Positions 1 through 10,500 of a stretch of DNA of 64,000 bases are shown in pieces. Every line of letters starts with the position of its first letter. Positions within the stretch are counted from its first letter, which is position 1. The translations under genes and the position numbers were made by a program. A model generated the notes under the pieces. The model was given only the letters and a program-made list of their open reading frames with translations, was not told where the DNA came from and ran no database searches. Origin of the DNA: Nitrospirota bacterium (GTDB taxonomy: Bacteria; Nitrospirota; UBA9217); contig CAWIYV010000014.1 in the NCBI GenBank assembly GCA_963840455.1, positions 224,001 to 288,000 of the forward strand, read 5' to 3'.

Positions 1-1222
1 TCTCGCCGACCGGAAGTTCCCGTGTCCCGGTCTCAAGGTCCACGATCCTGGCCTCGGTGTCGGGCCAGGGAAGGCCGATGGTGCCGCTCTTGCGCCTGCC
101 GAAGATGGGATTGGCATGGGTCACGGGCGATGCCTCGGACAGGCCGTAACCCTCTACGATGCGGGACTTGGTCAGGTGTTCGAAGCGGTCCTGCACCTCC
201 TTCATCAGAGGACCCGCTCCGCTGATCGCGGCCTTGATGGAGGTCAGGTCGTACTGGTGGGTCTTCACGTAGTTCCCGATGGCCAGGTACATGGCCTGGA
301 TGCCGGGGAAGATGGTGGGCCGGTGCTTCTGGATCGCATTGAGCACTTCTTTCGTATGGAACTTCGGCAGCAGGATGAGCTCGGCGCCGATCAGGATACC
401 GAGGTTCATGGCGGTGGTCATCCCGTATACATGGAAGAAGGGAATGACCGCCAGGATGCGCTCCTCGCCCTCGTTCCGGACCGTGAGCCAGGTCCGGCAC
501 TGGAAGGCGTTGACCACGAGGTTCCGGTGCGTGAGGACGGCCCCTTTGGGGACGCCCGTGGTCCCACCGGTGTACTGCAGGATGGCGGTATCTCCGGGAG
601 AGACATCGACGTCAGGCCTTGTCTCCGGCGCGCGGTCCATGATCTCCAGAAAATCAGAGATGGGCGGTACGCGTTTCACGGATACCCACTGATTCTCCAG
701 CCGCGCCTTGATCGGATAGAGCAGGTTCAAGGGGAAGGGAAGATAATCCTTGATGCCGCACAGGATGAGGTGCCGGAGGCCCGTCTTCGCAAGTACCGGG
801 GAGATCACCGGATAGAACATGTCCACGGCGACCAGGACCGATGCCCCGCTGTCCCTCAGCTGTACCTCCAGCTCGTGGGAGTGGTACAGCGGGTTCGTGG
901 CCACGCCGACGGCGCCGGCGCGGAGCGTCCCATAGTAGGCGATGACCATCTGCGGGATGTTGGGGAGCATGAGCGCCACGCGATCGCCTTTGTTCACGCC
1001 CAGGCCCGCGAGGGCGTGCGCGAACCGGTTCGCAAGCAGGTCGAGCGACCCATAAGTTATCTTCTTCCCGTAGAACACCACTGCGGGATGGCCGGGGAAC
1101 TTCCGGGCGGTTTCCGCAAGGACCCCTCCCAGTGTCAGGTCTGGGTAGGTCAAATGCTCCGGCACCCCTTCCTCATAGAACTGCGACCAGGGATGCACAG
1201 GCGCATTTACGGTGGACTTCAT
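1..1222 (-). CDS. Long-chain fatty acid--CoA ligase (FadD-like), runs off the window start
   Basis: Not in ORF track (no stop in window). Manual translation from ATG at 1222 with SD AAGGAGG: MKSTVNAPVHPWSQFYEEGVP..., AMP-binding motifs LQYTGGTTGVPKG and EGYGLSE. Confidence 0.92.
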   Translation of the reverse strand, partial: MKSTVNAPVHPWSQFYEEGVPEHLTYPDLTLGGVLAETARKFPGHPAVVFYGKKITYGSLDLLANRFAHALAGLGVNKGDRVALMLPNIPQMVIAYYGTLRAGAVGVATNPLYHSHELEVQLRDSGASVLVAVDMFYPVISPVLAKTGLRHLILCGIKDYLPFPLNLLYPIKARLENQWVSVKRVPPISDFLEIMDRAPETRPDVDVSPGDTAILQYTGGTTGVPKGAVLTHRNLVVNAFQCRTWLTVRNEGEERILAVIPFFHVYGMTTAMNLGILIGAELILLPKFHTKEVLNAIQKHRPTIFPGIQAMYLAIGNYVKTHQYDLTSIKAAISGAGPLMKEVQDRFEHLTKSRIVEGYGLSEASPVTHANPIFGRRKSGTIGLPWPDTEARIVDLETGTRELPVGE

Positions 1223-1355
1223 GGCGGGCCTCCTTGATGCTGCCTGCAGTATGCAGTATATTGACGGCTCCGAGACGGCCGTCCCTTCCATCGAGGATAT
1301 AAATGGTCCTTAATTCCCTGTTTTTATTATATCACAGTAAGGAGAAAACGGAGGG

Positions 1356-2609
<1,254 letters not shown>

Positions 2610-3079
2610 GGTGCTCCGTTCCTGATGAAGACATTTCGTCAACACAAATCTCTTGGTTACTATACCATAAGTGTGTTGTTCGGGAAAGTGAAATCATCAA
2701 CACGCCGGAGGGACCGCAGTGCCTGCTGTTGACAGAAGTACGTGCATGCGTTGCGCGATGATGAGATCGATCACGCTGCATCGCGGATTTTTTTTACTGT
2801 GCGTGCGCGATGCGCCGTACGATGAACCATGACGAAGCTGTCGAACAAGGGACTGTTTGGCGGGAATTTCGTATACTTCGGTCCGGTCCGTGCTGCATGG
2901 CATGCGTGACGTGCCTGTCAGCTGAGAAATTTCGACTGAAGAATGCAAAACATGCGATACTATTAATAGTGGTGAAAATGGCATTCATACCAAAACATAT
3001 TGCACCAAAATATTTTGCGCTGATTTGTGTGTTGATAAATAGTCTAACCCCATGATAGTTAATTTTTTAATTTTTTTTG

Positions 3080-3109
3080 TTGACAAATCGTACACTCTTG
3101 TTGTATATT
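3080..3109 (+). promoter_or_regulatory. sigma70-like promoter with upstream T-tracts
   Basis: TTGACA (3080-3085), 18 nt spacer, TATATT (3104-3109). T-rich UP-like tract immediately upstream. Confidence 0.65.
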
Positions 3110-3130
3110 CGTCCACAGAGGTGAGGGAAA

Positions 3131-3697
3131 TTGCTAACAAAACTCTTCTCTTCGACAAGAGCAGAGCTTTTAAGTTTGTTCTTTAACAATCCGGATGAAA
3201 AGTTCTACCTCAGGGAGATAGCCCGCCACATCAGCAAGGACGCGGCGGGGATCAAGCGAGAGTTGGACACCCTGGTGAAGATAGGGCTTCTGGGAGTGGA
3301 AAAGCGGGGCGTGCAGAAATACTACTTTGCAGACAAGAACTCGCCGATCTTCTCCGAAATGAAGGGCCTCATCTTCAAGACCACCGGTATCCAGGGTTCC
3401 ATCAAGGCAGCGCTCTCGAGGCTGAAAGGGGTCCAGGCGGCGTTCATCTACGGTTCCTACGCCAAGGGCTCGGAAAAAGAGGACAGCAACATCAACCTCA
3501 TGGTGGTCGGCCAGGTGAACATCACCGAACTGAACGACGTGGTGATGGGTCTTGAAGAGAAGATGAAGCGCGAGATCGACTACCTGGCATTCGACGAGCA
3601 AGAGTACCGGAAACGGAAGGATGCAAAAGACCCCTTTATCCGGGAGATCGTGAAAGGCAAGAAGATATTCCTGCTGGGTAAGGAAGATGACATATGA
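3131..3697 (+). CDS. Winged-HTH + minimal nucleotidyltransferase (MNT) protein with degenerate catalytic motif
   Basis: N-terminal wHTH (FYLREIAR...RELDTL), C-terminal AFIYGSYAKG...SNINLMVVG where this family normally has SDIDL. TTG start with SD GAGGTG/GAGGG. Confidence 0.85.
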   Translation: MLTKLFSSTRAELLSLFFNNPDEKFYLREIARHISKDAAGIKRELDTLVKIGLLGVEKRGVQKYYFADKNSPIFSEMKGLIFKTTGIQGSIKAALSRLKGVQAAFIYGSYAKGSEKEDSNINLMVVGQVNITELNDVVMGLEEKMKREIDYLAFDEQEYRKRKDAKDPFIREIVKGKKIFLLGKEDDI

Positions 3698-4169
3698 AGC
3701 GCTGCAAGAGATGGGACTGGAAGAGCGTGCAGCCGAGACCCAGGAGGTCTTGGGGCTCATGATGCGGGCCGAGCGCGATCTTGCCACGGCGCGGCTTCTC
3801 CAGGACAAGGACGAAGAATGGTCCTTTGCCGCAGCATACCAGGCAATGGCGCGGTCCGGACGGGCGCTCATCCTGTCCGAGGGCTACCGCCCCAAGGGTT
3901 CGCGGAGCAGGGACACGCACAAGACGGTGGTCACCGCGTCGGGGGTCATCCTCGGCGAGAAGCATAAGAGCCTCATCAACAAGTTCGACCGGATGAGGAG
4001 GAAATACCAGAACTTCGCGGTCGAGACCGGCAGCATGGTCTCCCGGTACGAGGCGGGGCAGGCGATCAGGGACGCAGAGGAGTTCTTTAGCCTGGTGGCC
4101 TCCCGGCTCAGGGATAAATACTCGCAGATGTCGCTGCTCAACGATGTACCGCAGCTTGTATCCAGATAA
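3687..4169 (+). CDS. HEPN-domain protein with degenerate RNase motif
   Basis: Overlaps the MNT stop. HEPN-like segments RAERDLATA, AYQAM..GRAL...GYRP, HKTVV, FDRMRRK; the expected R/H/Y after RRK read YQNFAV. Confidence 0.78.
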   Translation: MTYEALQEMGLEERAAETQEVLGLMMRAERDLATARLLQDKDEEWSFAAAYQAMARSGRALILSEGYRPKGSRSRDTHKTVVTASGVILGEKHKSLINKFDRMRRKYQNFAVETGSMVSRYEAGQAIRDAEEFFSLVASRLRDKYSQMSLLNDVPQLVSR

Positions 4170-4213
4170 AGCCGCTTAATTGATCGCGGTATCCGAAAGG
4201 GGGTGGACACTCA

Positions 4214-4273
4214 ATGCCGGCGAAGAAGAAAGCTGCCAAGAAGAAGGCAAAGAAGAAAGCGAAGAAGAAGTAG
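4214..4273 (+). CDS. 19-aa lysine-rich micropeptide MPAKKKAAKKKAKKKAKKK
   Basis: SD-like AAAGGGGGTGG ~7 nt before ATG, host-like codons, TAG at 4271-4273. Paralog at 4421. Confidence 0.7.
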   Translation: MPAKKKAAKKKAKKKAKKK

Positions 4274-4420
4274 CTTTTCTCCTCTACCCCACCATTAATG
4301 GGGAGCGCCGGGGGACCAGGTCCCCCGGCGACATTAACCAGGCGATCCGTGCCCGGTTTTCGGGAACGGTTACCGATAGCTGACAATCCAGCCACTAACA
4401 GAAAGGAAGGTGATCCTCAC

Positions 4421-4480
4421 ATGCCAGCCAAGAAGAAAGCTCCGGCCAAGAAGGCCAAGAAGACCACGAAGAAGAAATAA
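4421..4480 (+). CDS. 19-aa lysine-rich micropeptide MPAKKKAPAKKAKKTTKKK
   Basis: Very strong SD AAGGAAGGTGAT before ATG, TAA at 4478-4480, terminator follows. Confidence 0.75.
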   Translation: MPAKKKAPAKKAKKTTKKK

Positions 4481-4524
4481 CCGTGCTGCACCAGGCGGTG
4501 TTACCCGATCCAGAATGAACAAAT

Positions 4525-4557
4525 GCCACGAAGCTCGCCTTCGTGGTTTTTGTTTTT
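4525..4557 (+). terminator. Intrinsic terminator after the micropeptide pair
   Basis: GCCACGAAG-ctcgc-CTTCGTGGT stem followed by TTTTGTTTTT. Confidence 0.75.
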
Positions 4558-4618
4558 CCGAGGAGGGCATACACGGCACCCTCTTGCATCACTGTGCGAT
4601 CGCTGTCATAATCAGTCC

Positions 4619-4951
4619 ATGGCCAAGCGGAACTATCTCAAGATCCACTCCTCTGCCAGGGCGGTCTGGACAAAAAGACTGCTCATCGCCGGGGCTTTGC
4701 TTGTCAGCATCATCGCCCTCTGGAAATTCGTTGTGGGCGAGATGGGGGTGGTGAAGTATTACCGCATGAGCGCGCACGCCCGCGAACTCCGGGACGGGAT
4801 CGAGCATCTAAAAAAGGACAACGCGCGGCTTTCAAAAGAGGTCACTGCTCTCAAGACGGATGCTGCTTTTCTCGAACGCATGGCCCGCGACAAGATCGGC
4901 CTCGCCCGGCCCGGCGAAGTGGTCTATTACTACGGCGACCCCCGGCAATGA
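4619..4951 (+). CDS. ftsB: Septum formation initiator (FtsB/DivIC family)
   Basis: Single TM, coiled coil, ERMARDKIGLARPGE motif. Start at MAKRNY. Confidence 0.85.
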   Translation: MAKRNYLKIHSSARAVWTKRLLIAGALLVSIIALWKFVVGEMGVVKYYRMSAHARELRDGIEHLKKDNARLSKEVTALKTDAAFLERMARDKIGLARPGEVVYYYGDPRQ

Positions 4952-5052
4952 CCGCACGGACCGCAGCACCCTCCGCATCGGCGGAAATTTCGTTTGACAT
5001 TATCCTGCCGCTCTTTTAAGATGGTTCGGCATGCCCGTCGTGCCGCTGCGAC

Positions 5053-7257
5053 ATGTCCGATCATCCTCTCTCCATAGCCTTCGTCTGGCACATGCACCAG
5101 CCGTACTACAAGGACGACCTGTCGGGCAGCACGATCCTGCCCTGGGTGCGGATGCACGGGATCAAGGACTACTATGATATGCCCGCGCTCCTCACCGATT
5201 TTCCCGCGATCCACCAGACCTTCAACCTCGTCCCCTCGCTCATCAAGCAGATCCAGGACTACGTCGAGAACGACGCGTCCGACAAGTTCCTCGACATCAC
5301 CCTGAAGCCTGCAGGGGAGCTTGACCACGACGAGAAGATCTTTCTGCTGAAGAACTCGTTCATGGCGAACTGGGACACGATGATCCGCCCGTATCCCGCC
5401 TACTGGATGCTGCTCGATCGGCGGGGAAAGAGCGTCTCTCCCCGTGACCTTGAGAACGCCGTCCGCTATTTCACGACCCATGACTTTCTCGACCTGCAGG
5501 TATGGTTCAACCTGACCTGGTTCGACCCGGTCTTCAAGCAGAACGACCCGCTGGTGAAGGGGATGATCGAAAAAGGGTCCGGCTTCACCGAGGAGGAGAA
5601 GCGGCTCCTTATCGCGAAACAGCGCGAGGTCATGTCCCTCATCATCCCCGAGTACCGGAAGCTTGCCGCTGCGGGACGGATCGAGCTCACGACCACGCCG
5701 TTCTACCATCCTATTCTGCCGCTGCTCTGCGACACGGACCTGGCGAAGGTCGCCACGCCCGACATCAAGCTGCCCGCGAACCGGTTCGTCCATCCCGAAG
5801 ATGCCAGGGTGCAGGTGGAACGCGCCCTTGCCTACCACGAGACGTTCTTCGGGTCCCGCCCGGCCGGCATGTGGCCGTCGGAGGGCGCAGTGGCCGAGGA
5901 GATCCTCCCGCTCCTGGCCGGATCGGGCATCCGGTGGATCGGCACCGACGAAGGCGTGCTGGCGCGCTCACTGGGCGTCGCGATCGACCGCGATTTCAGC
6001 GGGATCATGAAGAACCCCGAGGTGCTGTACAAGCCCTACCTGGCCGGCAAGGGCGACAAGACCGTGTCCATCGTGTTCCGCGACCACACGCTCTCCGACC
6101 TCGCGGGATTCGTCTATTCCAAGTGGGATTCGAAGAATTCCGTGAACGACCTTGTCGACCGGCTGCACCGGATCCGGAAGAGCATGGGCAACAAGCCGCA
6201 CCTGGTGTCGATCATCCTGGACGGCGAGAACGCCTGGGAGTACTACCCGAACGACGGCAGGGACTTCTTCCTCTATCTCTATGAGCGTTTAAGCAAGGAA
6301 GAGGGGCTCCGGTGCGTTACCGTGAGCGAGTATCTCAAACAGCATCCCGCGCAGGACCGCATTGAGAAGCTCCATGCCGGCTCCTGGATCTACTCGAACT
6401 TCCGCATCTGGATCGGCCATGAGGAGGACAATCGCGCCTGGGACCTCTTGGGACAGACGCGGGAGGCCCTGGTGTCCTACGCGGAGCGGAACGGCGATCC
6501 GCAGAAGCTCATGAAGGCCTGGGAGGAGATCTACATCGCCGAAGGGAGCGACTGGTGCTGGTGGTACGGCGACGACCACTTCTCTGAGAACGATGAGGAG
6601 TTCGACCTCCTGTTCCGTACCCACCTTATGAACGTGTACCGCATCATCGACCTGGACGTGCCCGACGAGCTCCGCGTGCCCATCCTGCGCGGGGACCGCG
6701 AGGCCCGCCCGACCGTGGAGCTCACTTCGCTCATCTCGCCGACCATCGACGGCCAGGTCACCAACTACTTCGAATGGCTCTCCGCGGGGGTCTACGACGT
6801 GGCCCATGGCGGTGGCGCAATGCACCGCGGCGCCAGCGTCATCTCCCACATCTATTACGGATTCGATCTCAGGAACCTTTTCCTGCGGCTTGACCCGAGC
6901 CAGAACCTCCAGGACGACAAAGCGGGGGAACTCTCCTTCTTCGTGAACTTCCTTGTTCCCAAAGGATTGCATGCCGAGATCCGCGTCGTTCCCCGGGAGC
7001 GGAGGGTCACGGCGCATCTCTTTCTGGGCGAGAACAGCGACCGGAAGGAGATCGCTGCCATCAACAACGTGGCGGCCAATGAGATCATCGAGCTTGCGAT
7101 CCCCTTCGAGCTCCTGGGCGTCAAGCCGAACGATGAGATCCACTGCTTCGTCACCGTGGAGCGTAAGGGCTCGGAGATCGAGAAGTGGCCCTATCGCGGT
7201 TTCATCCAGGTGAAGGTCCCCACCGAGGACTTCGATGCCATGATGTGGCAGGTCTAG
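5053..7257 (+). CDS. Glycoside hydrolase family 57 (amylopullulanase-like)
   Basis: WHMHQP, PFYHPILPLL, GMWPSEG, ILDGENAWE, AEGSDWCWW motifs. Confidence 0.93.
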   Translation: MSDHPLSIAFVWHMHQPYYKDDLSGSTILPWVRMHGIKDYYDMPALLTDFPAIHQTFNLVPSLIKQIQDYVENDASDKFLDITLKPAGELDHDEKIFLLKNSFMANWDTMIRPYPAYWMLLDRRGKSVSPRDLENAVRYFTTHDFLDLQVWFNLTWFDPVFKQNDPLVKGMIEKGSGFTEEEKRLLIAKQREVMSLIIPEYRKLAAAGRIELTTTPFYHPILPLLCDTDLAKVATPDIKLPANRFVHPEDARVQVERALAYHETFFGSRPAGMWPSEGAVAEEILPLLAGSGIRWIGTDEGVLARSLGVAIDRDFSGIMKNPEVLYKPYLAGKGDKTVSIVFRDHTLSDLAGFVYSKWDSKNSVNDLVDRLHRIRKSMGNKPHLVSIILDGENAWEYYPNDGRDFFLYLYERLSKEEGLRCVTVSEYLKQHPAQDRIEKLHAGSWIYSNFRIWIGHEEDNRAWDLLGQTREALVSYAERNGDPQKLMKAWEEIYIAEGSDWCWWYGDDHFSENDEEFDLLFRTHLMNVYRIIDLDVPDELRVPILRGDREARPTVELTSLISPTIDGQVTNYFEWLSAGVYDVAHGGGAMHRGASVISHIYYGFDLRNLFLRLDPSQNLQDDKAGELSFFVNFLVPKGLHAEIRVVPRERRVTAHLFLGENSDRKEIAAINNVAANEIIELAIPFELLGVKPNDEIHCFVTVERKGSEIEKWPYRGFIQVKVPTEDFDAMMWQV

Positions 7258-7272
7258 TCCTTGTTTATAGTT

Positions 7273-7311
7273 TTACAGAACAGTTCATCTTTTCAGGCCT
7301 GACCCCATACA
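7273..7311 (+). repeat. Island repeat A, copy 1 (39 bp)
   Basis: TTACAGAACAGTTCATCTTTTCAGGCCTGACCCCATACA. 38/39 identical to 13143-13181; inverted 22-bp core at 19166-19187. Confidence 0.9.
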
Positions 7312-7513
7312 GGCCTTTTGATTTTCTCTAGCAAGTCCTGCCTGATGTCAAATATCGCAACTCATTGCAACTTTTATCAATACCCTGAAAATCCCCTGAA
7401 TTTCGTCTTGCTTTTTATTTCGATCCATACGAATATTCCCATTAATTTTCTCTAAAATAAACATTAACGAGCTCACAACTTAAATCAATGTCCGCACTCA
7501 AGGAGACTGGAAT

Positions 7514-10500
7514 ATGCGCTCTGTGAGGATCAAATTTCGCTACGTCATCATATTTTTTTTCTCATTAATTATTTTCCTTGATTATACCGCCATCGGCTAT
7601 TGTACCACCGAGCAAGAGGTGGACAAGTACGTTGCCGCCGCTCAGAAGCCGAACTGCACGGTCCTGAAAGATAAGTTTAATACTTCCGACGGGAGGGTCG
7701 GATACAACATATCGCGGAAATGTTTTCAGCAGGATTGGATTAAGAATATTGAGGCCGCAGACACCGGTGTTGGCCCCTTTCAGGGCGCCGGATGCATGGG
7801 TTACCCAATGTCCTGGGCCTATGCATGCGACAACACAGGAAGGAGCATTGGGATTACATCAAGCACGACTGTTTGGAGAAGGTCCTCGAGTAGCAGAGTT
7901 ACGACGTATTGTGATGGAACTACGAGAACAAACGTATACTCTCTAGACTGGAGTGTTGATTGTTCGTATATAACAAAATCTCCTTGTCCGCAATCTTCTT
8001 CCGAATATTCTTGCTACAGCACGGAATTTCTTACCCAATTCCTTCTGGATAAATGCGACATTAAGGTGACGAAAAATACCGGGCAAGCAACCATTGATCC
8101 CTCTTCGGGAGGGAGTGTGGATCTTTCCGCATCGGTCTTGGATTCTTCGGGCAAGCCCATCAGTTGGGAGATTGTGCTGCCGAATGGGAAGAAAGTCGCC
8201 GGCACTGGCAAGTCCCCATCAGCGACATGGGACGGCAAAGATAGCCAGGGAAAGTTTCCGGATCTGACCCCGGGACAATCCACAACCGTTATCGCATCCC
8301 TATCTGTCTGGCATTCCGATGACATGTCGTGCAAAGACACCGCCGGTTGGAACATCAAAATTACGATGAACAAGGACTGCAAGCTCGAAATCGCCTTCAG
8401 CTCAACAGCCAACGCAGGCTCGGGCAATCTCTCGCACAGTCAGCAGCTTTTTTCAACGAAGGGCGCAGAACTTGCACTGAGCGTGACCCTTTATTATAAC
8501 AGCCTTGATTCATACCGCGGTCCCCTCGGCGCAGGTTGGACCCATAACTATGATGTCGAAATCGGCGAAAGCAGTGACGGTTATGCAGTCCTTCGGGAAG
8601 TCGATGGAGGAAGAAAGGTCTACACGAAGAGCGGTACCAGCTACATTTCTCAGCCAGGAGACTACTCCGTTCTTACGAAGACCGCAGACAACGCCTTTGT
8701 CATAACCCATAAGGACGGTATAAAATACATTTTCAGCCAAGATGGGAAGATCGCGTCCATTGTCGACCGGAACGGAAATGCAATCACATTCGCATACACG
8801 AACGGAAATCTAACCGCTGTAACCGATCCCGCAGGCAGGGTCGCCGCATTGATGTACAATGCCGACAACCGGATCAGTGCCATCCATGATCCTGCGGGCA
8901 ACACGCACAGCTTTTCGTATACCGGGAATGACCTCACCACGGTTTCCACTTCCAGCTCGCAGCTCGAAACCCGCACATGGACCTACACTTACTACGCCGA
9001 TTCCTTCATGTACAGCAAGACCGATCCGAACGGCAACACCACGACCTACGCCTACGACGACAATCACCGGGTAGCATTGTCCCTCGATGCCGAAGGGAAA
9101 ACGAAACTCATCAGCTATCCCACGGGAACGGATACGACAAAAACAACCATATTTACCGAAACAGATGGCGGCGAGTGGCAATACACCTATGAAACCCAAG
9201 CGGGGACACTGACACAGAAGACCGATCCTCAGGGCGGCGAAACGCGCTTCACCTATGACGGTGATAGAAACATGACCTCCCGGATCGATCCCGACGGCAG
9301 CGCCACTACCTTTACCTATGACACAAGCGGGAATCTGACCTCAGTCACCGACGCCCTCGATCAGACCACGAACTACACGTACAACAGCTTCGGCCAGGTA
9401 ACGGCTGTCACTGACGCACAGGCGAACACCACCATTAACGGTTATGATGAGAAGGGGAATCTCGTCTCCGTAACCGACTCCAACGGCGCGGCCATTACGT
9501 ATCAGTACGATTCCAAGGGCAATGTCACAACCGTCACGGACGCGGCCGGCCAGACGACAACCTATGCCTATGACCAGAATGGCTATCTTTCCTCCATTGC
9601 CGATCCGACCGGCGCCAGCACGAGCTTAGCTTATGACATAAACGGCAACATCACCAGCCGGACGGACGCCAACGGCAATCCCATGTATTTTGAATACAAC
9701 AGCCAGAACCAGCTTTTAAAGGTCACTGACCCGGCAGGAAATGTCACAACCTTCGCTTACGATAAAAACGGCAACCAGACATCTCAGACCGACGCCAGGG
9801 GGAATACCATTCGTTACGAGTACAATTTCCAGGGTCAGGTCGTCAAGGTTATCGATGCCCTAGGGAACGTGACGAGGTACACGTACGGCGGCGCGGACTG
9901 CGCGTCATGCAGCAGTAGCGGGGACAAGCTTACAGCCGTCACCGATGCTAACGGCAATACGACCCGCTACGAGTATGATCCGTCGGGGAGGAAGACAAAG
10001 GAGATCGACCCGCTTGGCAATGAAACGTCATACACCTATGATCCGAAAGGAAATGTCCTCACGCAGACCGATGCCAACGGGCGTGTAACGTCCTTCACCT
10101 ACGATCCGCTCGGGCGTATAAAAGAACAGTTCGATCCCCTGCTCGGCGTCGTCAAATTCGACTACTCCCCCAAAAGCCAGGTCACGAAGGTAACTGATCC
10201 CCTGGGGAACACCACGATTTACGAGTATGATGCAGCGGGACGTATCACCAAAACCAGTTCACCGGACACCGGTACGACGACCTATGCCTACAATGTCACG
10301 GGCACCCTTGCTGGCAAGATCGACGCAAACGGGACCACCATAGCGTACACGTACAACAGCGTGAACAAACTGATCCGGATAGAATATCCTGATGCGTCTC
10401 AGAACATCACGTACACCTATGACGCCTGCACGAACGGCAAAGGAAGAATATGCACTATGACCGATCCTTCGGGAACGACCGCCTATGGGTATGATAAGCT

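Noticed and set aside
116-1237. 373-aa plus-strand ORF and other long antisense ORFs (e.g. 23857-25359, 52796-54526, 55061-56572)
   Set aside because: Shadow frames of high-GC genes on the opposite strand; no motifs.
2697-3055. Short ORFs in the helicase-MNT intergenic region
   Set aside because: No SD, atypical composition and mutually overlapping; treated as non-coding.
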